Assembly (NCBI GenBank): GCA_028867755.1
Contig: JAGWFT010000001.1
Location: 836,727 to 900,726, forward strand
Source: Nitrososphaerota archaeon
GTDB lineage: Archaea; Thermoproteota; Nitrososphaeria; Nitrososphaerales; Nitrosopumilaceae
DNA length: 64,000 bases
Reading direction: 5' to 3'
A model generated the notes under the pieces. It was given only the letters and a program-made list of their open reading frames with translations, was not told the origin of the DNA and made no database searches. Of the stretch, positions 30,376-40,845 are shown piece by piece. The position numbers and the translations under genes were made by a program. Every line of letters begins with the position of its first letter. Positions within the stretch are counted from its first letter, which is position 1.

Positions 30376-31392
30376 TTAGATCTGGTAAGATACGTCACCA
30401 ACCAGTAATCTTTGGGTCTTTCCCTTGCTGAAAACCAATAACGCCCCGTCATCATCTATTCCTATTGCCTTGCCTTTTGTTTTTCCGCTTGGAGACAAGA
30501 TAGTGACATTCTTTCCAACTGTGGAAGATCTTTTCTCCCACTCGTTTTTAATTCCACTGAGGTTGCCAACAACTACTTTGTTGTACAGTTGTTCAAGTTC
30601 GTACAGAAATGCCTGAAGTAGCAATATGGGGTCTGCTTTTTCTTTTTTCTTTACTAGTGTTGTTGCACCATAAAAATTCCCAGAATTTTTAAGTACTTTG
30701 GATATTGCTGTAGAATCAATCCTGAAATTTATCCCAACTCCTATGACTAGGTAATCTATCTGATTGGATTCAATTGATGCATCAACTAGTATGCCAGCCA
30801 CCTTCTTATCGCCAAGAGTCAGGTCATTTGGCCATTTCAACTTGGGTTTGATCTTTAGTGTTTTTTCTATGGCAATCGCAAGTGCAAGTGATGTTAACAT
30901 GGGAAATAGCGAGGCGTGAGAGACTTCAAAATTTGGTTTGAGAAGGATTGATATCCATATGCCGCCGCTTGGAGATGACCATTTCCTATTGTGTCTTCCT
31001 CTGCCATGCGTCTGGCGCTCAGCTATTACGACTGAGCCGCTCTCATGAGGTTTTGAAGCTAGCTTCAACGCAAAAGTTTGTGTTGAGTTAATTGTATCAA
31101 AATAATATATTTTTCTTCCGATGATTTCTGTTTGCAATCCATCTGAAACCTCCCACGGTAGCATGAGGTTTGTTTTTGTAATTAACTTGTACCCCGATTT
31201 TTGTTTTGATTTTATTTTGTAGCCCAACAATTGAAGTTTTTTTATGTTCTTCCATACTGCAGCTCTGCTAAGCCCAAGTGATCTGCTAAGTTCTTCTCCG
31301 GAAAGAAACCCCGACTGATTAGATTTTAGTAATCTGACTATTTTATCCAGTGTATCATCAAATGAGGTGTACATGCGATGTTTAGTTGACAA
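30376..31392 (-). CDS. birA: Biotin--acetyl-CoA-carboxylase ligase with N-terminal HTH
   Basis: SGEELS...SRAAVWK, QTHGRGR, KWPND, KVAGIL, GIDDDGAL. Confidence 0.95.
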   Translation of the reverse strand: MSTKHRMYTSFDDTLDKIVRLLKSNQSGFLSGEELSRSLGLSRAAVWKNIKKLQLLGYKIKSKQKSGYKLITKTNLMLPWEVSDGLQTEIIGRKIYYFDTINSTQTFALKLASKPHESGSVVIAERQTHGRGRHNRKWSSPSGGIWISILLKPNFEVSHASLFPMLTSLALAIAIEKTLKIKPKLKWPNDLTLGDKKVAGILVDASIESNQIDYLVIGVGINFRIDSTAISKVLKNSGNFYGATTLVKKKEKADPILLLQAFLYELEQLYNKVVVGNLSGIKNEWEKRSSTVGKNVTILSPSGKTKGKAIGIDDDGALLVFSKGKTQRLLVGDVSYQI

Positions 31393-31413
31393 GTTAACAT
31401 CACTTGATGGGTA

Positions 31414-32097
31414 TTACTCGCTTAGTAACTTTTTGATGTTTTCTTCAAGAAAATTGTTTTGGCCAAATGCAACATCTCTGAGTACTCCCTTTTTGTCAAT
31501 AAGGATGGAAGAAGGTGTACCTCGCAGAGAATACTGCTCAAATGTCTGCGCAGCGTATTCCTTGCTTTTCAAATATTGCTTGACACGTTCTATGATGTCT
31601 GTTTTTTGTTGCTCGTTATAGGAGTCAAACCCTGGCACATTTGTTTCAATGACCTCGTTTATCTTCTCTTGACTAATTGGGGCATCGTCTTTTTTTAAGA
31701 GATCCATACCTACAGGAAATGGAATTTTGTATGGAAGTTTTTTTCCATCTGCAAGTTGGCCATATTGTCCTAGTGCCTTAAGCGTTTCACCTATTGTCTC
31801 ACCCTTTGTTAGAAGAAGTTCTAGATTTTCAACGGTATTTTTATCAAAATCCTCAAATGCAGTTGCAATTCCAAGGACTGTAACGCCATCTTTACGATAC
31901 TTGTTGTAAATGTCGATTGCTTGTGGTATTCCATATAGAAAACATCCAGGGCAATTTACCTGAAACACTTCGACAAAAACAACATTATCTTTTTCTTTGT
32001 CGATGTTAGTTGGTAACCCCTGCACCCATTTTGAGACGCCCAAGTTTGGCGCCTTTGAGCCCACCTTTGCAATCATAAACAACACATGTGGTGTCAT
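31414..32097 (-). CDS. Thioredoxin-fold redoxin (TlpA/AhpC-like)
   Basis: FQVNCPGC, GTPSSILIDKKG. Confidence 0.85.
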   Translation of the reverse strand: MTPHVLFMIAKVGSKAPNLGVSKWVQGLPTNIDKEKDNVVFVEVFQVNCPGCFLYGIPQAIDIYNKYRKDGVTVLGIATAFEDFDKNTVENLELLLTKGETIGETLKALGQYGQLADGKKLPYKIPFPVGMDLLKKDDAPISQEKINEVIETNVPGFDSYNEQQKTDIIERVKQYLKSKEYAAQTFEQYSLRGTPSSILIDKKGVLRDVAFGQNNFLEENIKKLLSE

Positions 32098-32171
32098 TTG
32101 TTATCTATTTCTTTGCAAGGTGAGTAGGAGCATGCGAAATTCTTTTATATGCGAATTCTATAGCTAAAATT

Positions 32172-32567
32172 ATGTCGTCCAAGTTACCGGTACTACTGTT
32201 GTTAACAGCAGTTTTGATGACATCTGTCGCAGTATCAACTATTCCAGCATCAAATGCATTGATACAGAGAGACTTCTCCTGGCTCAATGATAACCACCTA
32301 ACCGTATTGACAGGAAATACGAAAGTGTGTGGGGATCATCTATGTGCACCTGGTGAATGGGACAAACTACAAACATCAATTAATTCTGCACAGCTTGGAA
32401 ATCAAACTGGAAAAGGTGCATCAACTACAGTTACACCAACCACAGTACCACCTACTACAACACCAAGCGTATCACCAAATGTATGCATGATGGTAAAGAG
32501 CGCACTTACTAGTGAAAATGTAAGCTCTGCTGTTGCACAAGTGATATTGTCAAAACTAGGTTGCTAA
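32172..32567 (+). CDS. Secreted protein with VCGDHLC motif and Thr/Pro-rich linker
   Basis: Signal peptide; GNTKVCGDHLC; TTVTPTTVPPTTTP. Confidence 0.8.
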   Translation: MSSKLPVLLLLTAVLMTSVAVSTIPASNALIQRDFSWLNDNHLTVLTGNTKVCGDHLCAPGEWDKLQTSINSAQLGNQTGKGASTTVTPTTVPPTTTPSVSPNVCMMVKSALTSENVSSAVAQVILSKLGC

Positions 32568-32618
32568 AAGAGTAAACTTCAAATCTCTTTTTTTAAAATC
32601 TGTCTCCCTAATCGAGAT

Positions 32619-33224
32619 TCAAAAGTTTACGTCAAAGCCGCCCATGTCGCCAGGCCCACCATCACCATGACCAAAATCTCCACTTCCATAGTCGCCTTGG
32701 CTTGTATCATGGCCGCCATCATGACCACCCATATCTGTTGAACCGGTGTCGTACATGTATGAGTCAGGCATAAAACTTGTCATAGCAAGTCCCATAAACG
32801 ACATCATTGAAGAGAACATCATCATGTCCATGATTCCCATGAACATCATGCTAGGAAGTATAGAGCGATTGTTATCCATATGTTGTTGGAGTTTGTCCTT
32901 GTCGCCACTCTTCCAAATGGTTACCATCTGATTCCAATTTTGCTCTAATTCAAATTTTCTTTCCTCTAATTCTTTTACTCCTTTCTCAGTTAGAACAGTT
33001 TCTATCTTTGGGCCAAAGAACCCTTTCTTTTCCACTGTGGTGATTAATCCTTTATCGTCGAGGCGTTTTATGATATTATTTAGCTCTGGGTCTTCAATTC
33101 TTGTCTTTTTTCTTATCTTGTCTAATTTCTTAGCACCTTGACTAATTGCACTTAGAACTATCACATCGCTTGGCTCTTCTTCCATACAGTAAAGAAATGT
33201 GCATATGCCTATAAATCGTTCCAC
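32619..33224 (-). CDS. Winged-helix protein with Met-rich and Gly/His/Asp-rich C-terminus
   Basis: wHTH (LNNIIKRLDDKGLI...LTEKG); MMFMGIMDMMMFSSMMSFM; GGHDGGHD. Confidence 0.75.
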   Translation of the reverse strand: MERFIGICTFLYCMEEEPSDVIVLSAISQGAKKLDKIRKKTRIEDPELNNIIKRLDDKGLITTVEKKGFFGPKIETVLTEKGVKELEERKFELEQNWNQMVTIWKSGDKDKLQQHMDNNRSILPSMMFMGIMDMMMFSSMMSFMGLAMTSFMPDSYMYDTGSTDMGGHDGGHDTSQGDYGSGDFGHGDGGPGDMGGFDVNF

Positions 33225-33257
33225 GACAAGCTATTAAGAGGAACACTTTTACATAAT

Positions 33258-33671
33258 ATGATGGAAAAAGATTCTCATTCTGATGAACAGATAAAAAAAA
33301 TATATGAATTAAAAAATGTAGCCGTCGTTGGCATGTCAAAAAATCCAGAAAAAGCAGCACACTATGTGCCAAAATATCTTGCAGAAAAGGGTTACAACAT
33401 AATACCAGTCAATCCTACGACTGATGAAATTCTTGGAAAAAAATGTTATCCGAATTTACTGGATATTCCAATATTGATTGATATCGTAGATGTTTTCAGA
33501 CCATCAGATCAGGTAAAACCTGTAATAGAAGAAGCAATCAAGATAAAACCACAAGTGATCTGGCTACAGGAAGGAATTCATAACCCTGAAGCCGAATTGC
33601 TGGCAAAAAAAGCAGGAATTGACATAGTTTTCAACAGATGCATGCTTGCAGAACATCAACGACTATTCTAA
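33258..33671 (+). CDS. CoA-binding protein (YccU-like)
   Basis: VAVVGMS, PVNP, DIVDVFR, WLQEGI, NRCM. Confidence 0.92.
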   Translation: MMEKDSHSDEQIKKIYELKNVAVVGMSKNPEKAAHYVPKYLAEKGYNIIPVNPTTDEILGKKCYPNLLDIPILIDIVDVFRPSDQVKPVIEEAIKIKPQVIWLQEGIHNPEAELLAKKAGIDIVFNRCMLAEHQRLF

Positions 33672-33674
33672 GAT

Positions 33675-34040
33675 ATGGCAGAAGATTTTGCAAAATTCTA
33701 TGATGCTCTTTTGGAACTGGTAAAAGCGTTTGAACAAAAAAATGTGCCAGTCAAGGTCACATCAGATGTTGATTCCACCATGGTCAAGATATATGGTGAA
33801 AGATCTAGTGCGCTTGAGCGTGCAAACGCAGCTCTTGAGGAGATCTCAGAGCTTGCGTATGATACTGCAGAGCATCATCCGTATTGGAGTCTATTGTATG
33901 ATAGTTCACAAATCCTAAAAATAGTTTTAGAAAAATGGAACGACACGCTAACAGAAGAAGAACTCAAAGAGATCAAATGGTATGCAGACAAGATAAAAGA
34001 TTCACTTGAAAATGTCTCAAGTAACCATCATCACGAATAA
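33675..34040 (+). CDS. Conserved hypothetical protein
   Basis: 121-aa ORF in operon context. Confidence 0.75.
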   Translation: MAEDFAKFYDALLELVKAFEQKNVPVKVTSDVDSTMVKIYGERSSALERANAALEEISELAYDTAEHHPYWSLLYDSSQILKIVLEKWNDTLTEEELKEIKWYADKIKDSLENVSSNHHHE

Positions 34041-34073
34041 TCTGCAACAGAGATAAATAGTAAGTATTGCGAG

Positions 34074-35303
34074 ATGAAACTCATGCCAATAAAAATTGGC
34101 CTTATTGGTAAAACAAATACTGGTAAAACTACATTCTTTAATTCTGCCACATTGTCAGGCGGAGAGATATCCACCTATCCGTTTACCACAAAAAAGCCAG
34201 AGCGCGGCACAGGAAATGCAATCACACCATGTGTTCACACAGAATTTAGCATAAGAGACAATCCTCAAAATTCGAAATGTACCGATGGGTGGAGGTTTAT
34301 ACCGATTGAGCTAATTGATCTTCCAGGCCTCATAAAAGGAGCTTGGGCAGGAAAGGGACTTGGTAACCAATTTCTTTCTATTGCAACCCAATCTGATGCA
34401 TTGCTGCATGTGGTGGATGTATCAGGAAGTGTAGATGCGTCTGGAAGAATAACTGAAGTTGGACAAGGTGATCCAATTGCCGATGTGTCAGATATTGAGG
34501 AAGAATTGATAATGTGGTACCAAAAACTCTTGGAAGGAAATAGGGAAAAGATATCAAAACTTGTCAACTCTGAAACAGAGCTTATGCTAGCAATTACAGA
34601 TGTATTTCGGGGAATAGGAGTAAAAGAAATTCATGTAAAGGAGGCATTGAAGGTGACTGGGCTTGAGGACAAACACTTTGATAATTTTGATATGATAGAT
34701 AGCAAGAAATTTTCTGCACATTTACGAAAGATTTCAAAACCCACGTTGATAGTTGCAAACAAAATCGACTTGCCTGGGGCTGACAAAAACTTTGACAGGC
34801 TACGAGAAAAGTATGTTGACACGATAATCATACCTGCCAGTGCAGACAGCGAGCTCTCTCTTAGGCGTGCTGAGCAAAAGGGCTTGATAAAATATGTGCC
34901 TGGCTCAGAACAATTTGAAATACTACACAAAGAAGCGCTGGCAAAAAGACAACTAGATGCCCTCGAGTTTATCACAAAAGGTATACTTGGGGAATATATG
35001 AGAACAGGTGTCCAGTTTGCAATTAATGTCACTGTCTTCAAATTGCTAAAGATGAACTCAGTTTATCCTGTCGCAGATCCTGAAAAACTATCTGATAGGA
35101 AAGGACGAATTCTCCCTGACCTTATTCTGATGAAAGATGGTTCTACAATCGAAGATCTGGCAAAAGAGATTCACTCAGATCTAACAAAGGGCCTACTTTA
35201 TGCAAAAGATGTTAGATATGGCGTAAGGTTGCCAGTTACCTATCAATTGCGTGACAGGGATATTGTATCGCTGGTTAGTGCAAAGACAAAAAAATCCATC
35301 TAA
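34074..35303 (+). CDS. ychF: Archaeal YchF-type OBG NTPase
   Basis: GKTNTGKT, YPFTT, DLPGL, ANKID, TGS domain. Confidence 0.9.
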   Translation: MKLMPIKIGLIGKTNTGKTTFFNSATLSGGEISTYPFTTKKPERGTGNAITPCVHTEFSIRDNPQNSKCTDGWRFIPIELIDLPGLIKGAWAGKGLGNQFLSIATQSDALLHVVDVSGSVDASGRITEVGQGDPIADVSDIEEELIMWYQKLLEGNREKISKLVNSETELMLAITDVFRGIGVKEIHVKEALKVTGLEDKHFDNFDMIDSKKFSAHLRKISKPTLIVANKIDLPGADKNFDRLREKYVDTIIIPASADSELSLRRAEQKGLIKYVPGSEQFEILHKEALAKRQLDALEFITKGILGEYMRTGVQFAINVTVFKLLKMNSVYPVADPEKLSDRKGRILPDLILMKDGSTIEDLAKEIHSDLTKGLLYAKDVRYGVRLPVTYQLRDRDIVSLVSAKTKKSI

Positions 35304-36703
35304 TTTTCTGCACCGATTTTTTCTTGTTTCATCCACAATGTCTTTTTCTTGTGATCAATTAGAACAACTCCCATGTCTGATATCTTCTTCCTAATGATAT
35401 CAGCATCTTGAAAATTTTTCTGACTTCGTAACAGGTTGCGTTGGCTTATGAGTTCATTTATCTCGTTTTTTTCTTTCAAAGTGATTTGAGACACCTCCAA
35501 ACCCAAAATGTCAAGCATTTGGTCAAGTGCTGGCAAAACCATTTTGGAAATGGAAGACACCAGGCGTTCGGATGCGGCAATCTGGTTTGTAGCCTTGACA
35601 AGTTTGAAAAATGCACTAGTTGCAAGTGGTGTATTAAAGTCAGAACTCAAAGCTTCATCAAATTCTTTTTTGGTCTCTTTTATGGCATCTTCAATGAATT
35701 TTGTATCTTCTGCGATGGCAGCTTCATCGCCTGACAAAATCAATTCATAATAACAGTTCTCCACCTGGCGCCATTTTGTTATGATCTCTTTGAGTGCGTC
35801 TTCAGAATAATCGATAGGTTTTGAATAGTGGCCTGAGAGGCAAAAAAGTCTGATTATGTTTGGGCCCCATTTTTTTAGAACAAAATCCACTGATTTTGTA
35901 TTTCCTAAAGACTTTGACATCTTCTCTCCATGTATTGTGACCATTCCAACATGCATCCAAATCTTGGCAAAGTTCTTTCCAGAGTACGATTCTGACTGTG
36001 CTATCTCGTTCTCATGATGGGGAAATATCAAATCTCTTCCGCCTCCATGTATTTCAAAGTCTGATCCAAGATACTTTAGGCTCATGGCTGAGCACTCGAT
36101 GTGCCATCCAGGCCTTCCACCGCCCCATGGGCTTTCCCATCTGGGCTCATCATCTGCAAACTTCCATAATGCAAAATCTAACGGATCTTTTTTAGTGTCG
36201 TCTACTTCTACGCGTGCGCCAGAGATCAACTCATCTGTCTTTTTCTTTGAAAGCTTTCCATATTCATGAAACTTTGAGACTGAAAAATAGACCCCATTTC
36301 TTGATATATACGCAAAGTCTTTCTCAACTAGTCCTTTGATTAAACTGACCATGTCATCTATGTGCTCTGTTGCCTTTGGATATCTGTCCGCACGCTTGAC
36401 ATTAAGACTGTCAAATCCTTCAAAGTAGTTTTCAATGTATTTTGAACTTATCTTGTCTGAAGATACATTTTCGGTTCTTGCTCGATTTATTATCTTGTCA
36501 TCTACATCTGTAAAGTTTTGAATAAATTCAACTTTGATTCCTTTGGATTCTAGAAATCTACGAAGTATATCAAAAACTATTATTGTTCTTGCATGTCCTA
36601 TGTGGCTGTCATCATACACTGTAACACCGCAAAGGTAGATTCTCACCTTGCTTGTTGTATCTAACTCCTTTTCTGTTACTGATAGTGTATCAAAAATTTT
36701 CAA
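35300..36703 (-). CDS. cysS: Cysteine--tRNA ligase
   Basis: YLCGVTVYDDSHIGHAR, GRPGWHIEC, FPHHENE, KMSKS. Confidence 0.97.
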   Translation of the reverse strand: MKIFDTLSVTEKELDTTSKVRIYLCGVTVYDDSHIGHARTIIVFDILRRFLESKGIKVEFIQNFTDVDDKIINRARTENVSSDKISSKYIENYFEGFDSLNVKRADRYPKATEHIDDMVSLIKGLVEKDFAYISRNGVYFSVSKFHEYGKLSKKKTDELISGARVEVDDTKKDPLDFALWKFADDEPRWESPWGGGRPGWHIECSAMSLKYLGSDFEIHGGGRDLIFPHHENEIAQSESYSGKNFAKIWMHVGMVTIHGEKMSKSLGNTKSVDFVLKKWGPNIIRLFCLSGHYSKPIDYSEDALKEIITKWRQVENCYYELILSGDEAAIAEDTKFIEDAIKETKKEFDEALSSDFNTPLATSAFFKLVKATNQIAASERLVSSISKMVLPALDQMLDILGLEVSQITLKEKNEINELISQRNLLRSQKNFQDADIIRKKISDMGVVLIDHKKKTLWMKQEKIGAEN

Positions 36704-36717
36704 ACCTTATCATCTTA

Positions 36718-37506
36718 TCAAAGAACACATGTTTTGGGTGTTATTCTTTTGTGCTCGCTTCTTTTGTTCATCTGGTAAATTTTATCCACATCTGAAATTG
36801 GTATGCCTGTAAGTTTGGCAGTATCTTCAACTGATAAACTCTTGTCAATTATACAATGCAAGATTGAATCAATCTCTTCGTATGTTATCCCAATTTCAGC
36901 TTCTGCCGTATGTCCTTCCCATAAACGTGGGCCGCTTGGTTTTGATATGATGTTATGTGGAACACCAAGAAATCTTGCAAATTCACGAACTTGGGTCTTG
37001 TACAATGAAACTATTGGCAACAGATCTGCCGCACCATCGCCGTATTTGGTAAAATATCCTATCAGAAATTCGCTTCTATCGCCTGAGCCAAGAACAAGAT
37101 AATTTCTTGCATTCGCATAATAATACAGGATGTTTGATCTAATCCTGGCGCCAAGATTGCCAAAAGCTAGCGGACTTGGTTCTATGTATTTTGAATATTC
37201 TTTGTGAATAAAACCAATATCGATTAACTTGTATTCTAGATTCAAGCTATCCACAATTCTGACTGCATCTTCAGTGTCAGACTCGGGGGTGATCTTGGCA
37301 TCTGGCATTATCAAGGCAAGGGATTTTTCTTTGATAAATTTTGCACATAGCATGGCAATAACTGCAGAATCTATTCCACCACTGAGACCAAATATTACAC
37401 CTTGTGATTTTCTTTCCTTGATCTCCTCTAAAAGAAATGAACCAATCTTTTCTTGTATGTCTTTAAAATCTTTTCTTGTAATCTCTTCTAGTATCTGAGA
37501 GTTCAA
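36718..37506 (-). CDS. nadE: NH3-dependent NAD+ synthetase
   Basis: GLSGGIDS, NLGARIR, GYFTKYGDG, LYKTQV. Confidence 0.95.
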   Translation of the reverse strand: MNSQILEEITRKDFKDIQEKIGSFLLEEIKERKSQGVIFGLSGGIDSAVIAMLCAKFIKEKSLALIMPDAKITPESDTEDAVRIVDSLNLEYKLIDIGFIHKEYSKYIEPSPLAFGNLGARIRSNILYYYANARNYLVLGSGDRSEFLIGYFTKYGDGAADLLPIVSLYKTQVREFARFLGVPHNIISKPSGPRLWEGHTAEAEIGITYEEIDSILHCIIDKSLSVEDTAKLTGIPISDVDKIYQMNKRSEHKRITPKTCVL

Positions 37507-37540
37507 CGCTTGTTAAAATTATTATAAAGAATTAAACTTA

Positions 37541-37843
37541 TCACAAATCTAGATAGATACCATCGCTTTTCACTTCAACTTTGTATGTCTGAAGCTTTAT
37601 TCCCTTGATGTAATCTAAGAGTTCTCCTGTCTTGATGTTGTAATGCCAAAAGTGGAGTGGGCATTCTACTACATCGCCTTCTAGTGTACCTGGTGCAAGT
37701 GAGCCGTCTTGGTGTACACAAACTGAGTCAAGTGCATGAAAGCCATTTTGATTGAATATGGCAATTTTTTTGCCCTCGACTGAAAACTCTCGACCCTTTC
37801 CAGGTGCAATATCGTTTTTTTCAGCTACTTTTTTCCAGGCCAT
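37541..37843 (-). CDS. Rieske [2Fe-2S] ferredoxin
   Basis: CVH...CPLH ligands. Confidence 0.92.
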   Translation of the reverse strand: MAWKKVAEKNDIAPGKGREFSVEGKKIAIFNQNGFHALDSVCVHQDGSLAPGTLEGDVVECPLHFWHYNIKTGELLDYIKGIKLQTYKVEVKSDGIYLDL

Positions 37844-37891
37844 GTTTTCTTAAGCAAAAAGTATCCAATATTTAGATTGCCATTTCTGATA

Positions 37892-37913
37892 GAATTTTAT
37901 ACCTCTAAAATTC
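37892..37913. promoter_or_regulatory. 8-6-8 palindrome in the Rieske/ahcY divergent promoter
   Basis: GAATTTTA-tacctc-TAAAATTC ending 10 nt before the ahcY ATG and overlapping a TTTTATA box. Confidence 0.4.
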
Positions 37914-37923
37914 GAGATTCTGT

Positions 37924-39165
37924 ATGAGCCAGATAAAGGACCCAAGCCTTGCTGAAAAAGGAAAGATGTCATATGAGTGGGCAAGGGATCACATGAAGAT
38001 TCTTACTAATACTATTGAACGATTGAAAAGATCACAGCCTCTTAAAGGGATAAGGCTGGGAGTTTGTTTGCACATTACAAAAGAGACCTCGGTTCTCATG
38101 ATGGGAGCCAAAGCCCTTGGCGCAGATGTAAGCGCATGTGGTGCAAATCCTCTTTCCACACAAGACGATATTGCTGCATTTCTTGCAGAAAATGGAATTC
38201 ATATCTATGCCTGGGAAGGGCAAACTCCAGAAGAATATGATTCGTGCATAGAGCAAATGCTCAGCCACAAACCACAAATTCTGACAGATGACGGCTCTGA
38301 TTGTCACAGTAAAATTCATGGCAGCCGTGAATTTTCTTCGTGGACCATAATGGGTGGAACAGAAGAGACCACAACAGGAGTAATTCGACTCAAGGCACTT
38401 GAGAAACAAAAGAAACTCAAGTACCCCGTAATTGCTGTCAATGATGCATACACAAAACACATGTTTGATAACAGATACGGAACAGGACAGAGCACCATTG
38501 ATGGATATCTCAGATCAATGAACTTACTTTTTGCAGGAAAGCGAGTTGTAGTAGCAGGATATGGTTGGGTGGGACGTGGTGTAGCTTCTAGATCTAATGG
38601 GCTTGGAGCTAAAGTGTACATCACTGAAATCGATCCTGTGAGAGCACTTGAAGCACACATGGACGGATACGAAGTCATGCCAATTGCAGAAGCTGCAAAA
38701 GTGGGAGACATATTTATCACGGCCACAGGCCAAACAGGCGTAATACGAAAAGAACACATTCTCAAGATGAAAGAGAGTGCAATCATGGGAAATGTAGGAC
38801 ACTTTGATGTTGAAGTTGATTCCAAGTTTCTCTTAACTGAATCAAAATCTGTACGAGAGGTTCGTCCGAACTTGGACGAGTGCACATTAAAAAATGGAAA
38901 ACGTGTTTATTTAATTGGAAAAGGAAGAATTGCTAATCTTGTTGCAGCAGAAGGGCACCCGCCAGAAGTTATGGCACAGTCATTTTCAAACCAATTACTG
39001 TCAATGATTCATATCGCAAAGAATCATAAAAAGATAGGAAAAAGAGTAATTACTGTACCTGAAGAAATCGACAAACAAATTGCAGTGGATGCGTTAGCTG
39101 CAATGGACGTAAAAATAGACAAACCAACTCTGGCACAAATAAAATACGCACAAAGTTGGGCATAG
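37924..39165 (+). CDS. ahcY: Adenosylhomocysteinase
   Basis: CLHITKET, EETTTG, MFDNRYGTGQS, GYGWVGRG, GHFDVE, EGHP. Confidence 0.97.
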   Translation: MSQIKDPSLAEKGKMSYEWARDHMKILTNTIERLKRSQPLKGIRLGVCLHITKETSVLMMGAKALGADVSACGANPLSTQDDIAAFLAENGIHIYAWEGQTPEEYDSCIEQMLSHKPQILTDDGSDCHSKIHGSREFSSWTIMGGTEETTTGVIRLKALEKQKKLKYPVIAVNDAYTKHMFDNRYGTGQSTIDGYLRSMNLLFAGKRVVVAGYGWVGRGVASRSNGLGAKVYITEIDPVRALEAHMDGYEVMPIAEAAKVGDIFITATGQTGVIRKEHILKMKESAIMGNVGHFDVEVDSKFLLTESKSVREVRPNLDECTLKNGKRVYLIGKGRIANLVAAEGHPPEVMAQSFSNQLLSMIHIAKNHKKIGKRVITVPEEIDKQIAVDALAAMDVKIDKPTLAQIKYAQSWA

Positions 39166-39195
39166 CTTAAATCACGCACAAATCCTAACACAATA

Positions 39196-40845
39196 ATGAA
39201 GAGGGCAATAATTACAAGCGCATTACCATATGCTAATGGTGAGATACACCTAGGGCATGTTGCATCTACTTATTTGCCGGCAGACATTACCAAAAGATTT
39301 CTCAAGCTTACTGGTACTGAGGCCTATTACATATGCGCCTCAGACGATTATGGCACACCTATCTTGATCCAAGCTGAAAAAGAAAAAAAGACGCCAGAAG
39401 AATATGTCAAAGTCTGGAACAAAAGAGATTATGATGATTTTACTGCATTTGGGATAGAGTTTGACATATTCTACAGGACAAGCTCGCAAGAAAATATCGC
39501 CTTTGTGCAAGACACATTCAAAAAATTAATGGAAAACGGTCACATCTACGAGAAGGAAATAATCCAGTTCTACTGCAAATTTGACAAAAAGTTCTTGCCA
39601 GACAGATACGTGATAGGCAGGTGTCCATACTGCAAAGCTGAAGACCAGTATTCTGACTTGTGTGAAAAATGTGGGCGAGTACCACAAGAGATAGAAGAGC
39701 CAAAATGCTCAATCTGTAAAAATCCGCCTACAAAAGAGAAGACAAAACACTATTTTTTCAAGCTAACAAACTTTGTAAATGAACTCAACCAATGGCTTGA
39801 TGGAGACTCTCACCTACAAAAGGATGTAAAAAAATATGTTCAAAATTGGATAAAAGACGGTCTTGTTGATTGGGATATTACAAGGGACATTAGCTGGGGT
39901 GTGCCAATCCCGCTTGCAGACGCCAAGGGTCAGGTCTTTTATGGGTGGTTTGACAATCACCTAGCCTACATATCCTCTGCGCTAAAATTTCTAAATGATA
40001 AAGGAATAGATGGCAAGGAATTTTGGAACTCAGCTGATATTTACCACTTTATTGGTAAAGATATTGTGTACCATCACTATCTGTTTTTGCCTGCAATGAG
40101 AATTGGAATAAAAAAAGAATACAAGCTGCCTAATTATGTCCCAACTCGTGGGCATCTCATGCTACAGTCAAAAAAGATTTCAAAGAGTCGCAATTGGTAT
40201 ATTGGGCTAAAGGACTTTCTGCAGCTCTATCATGCTGACTACCTGAGGTTTTATCTTACCATGATTACACCTTACAGCCAAGATGATCTAAATTTTGACT
40301 GGGATGAGTTTGCAGCCAGGATAAACTCTGAGCTTATAGGAAATGTTGGTAATTTTATCAATCGGGCACTTGGATTTACAAAAAAGAGTGTTGGAGGTAT
40401 AGTGCCACAACCTGACAATCTTGATCCTGCTGACAAGGAAGCACAAGACAAGATAAAAAATTTGGTAAACGAGATAACTCCTCTGATGGAAGAAAATAAT
40501 CTTGATAGAGCACTCAAGAAGATCTTGGAATTTTCTGCGTACTTTAACCAGTACTTTCAGAAAAAAGAACCATGGAAAGGAGGTACAGGTACAAACAACT
40601 GTATATTTAATTCGGTAAATGCAGTGCGTTCTATTGCAATAACGCTTTATCCATTTTTGCCAGTGTCATCGCAGAAAATATGGTCACAGCTTAACTTGGC
40701 AGGAAATGTATCAGAACAAGCCTGGCAATCCCTGTCTGAAACTGCAGTAAAGCCAGGTCATAATCTTGGTGATGCTTCTCCACTCTTCAAGAAAGTAGAA
40801 GATGAAGATATCAAAGTACAAAAATCAAAGCTTGGGCAAAAATGA
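39196..40845 (+). CDS. metG: Methionine--tRNA ligase (no C-terminal tRNA-binding domain)
   Basis: LPYANGEIHLGH, zinc knuckles, KISKSRN. Confidence 0.97.
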   Translation: MKRAIITSALPYANGEIHLGHVASTYLPADITKRFLKLTGTEAYYICASDDYGTPILIQAEKEKKTPEEYVKVWNKRDYDDFTAFGIEFDIFYRTSSQENIAFVQDTFKKLMENGHIYEKEIIQFYCKFDKKFLPDRYVIGRCPYCKAEDQYSDLCEKCGRVPQEIEEPKCSICKNPPTKEKTKHYFFKLTNFVNELNQWLDGDSHLQKDVKKYVQNWIKDGLVDWDITRDISWGVPIPLADAKGQVFYGWFDNHLAYISSALKFLNDKGIDGKEFWNSADIYHFIGKDIVYHHYLFLPAMRIGIKKEYKLPNYVPTRGHLMLQSKKISKSRNWYIGLKDFLQLYHADYLRFYLTMITPYSQDDLNFDWDEFAARINSELIGNVGNFINRALGFTKKSVGGIVPQPDNLDPADKEAQDKIKNLVNEITPLMEENNLDRALKKILEFSAYFNQYFQKKEPWKGGTGTNNCIFNSVNAVRSIAITLYPFLPVSSQKIWSQLNLAGNVSEQAWQSLSETAVKPGHNLGDASPLFKKVEDEDIKVQKSKLGQK

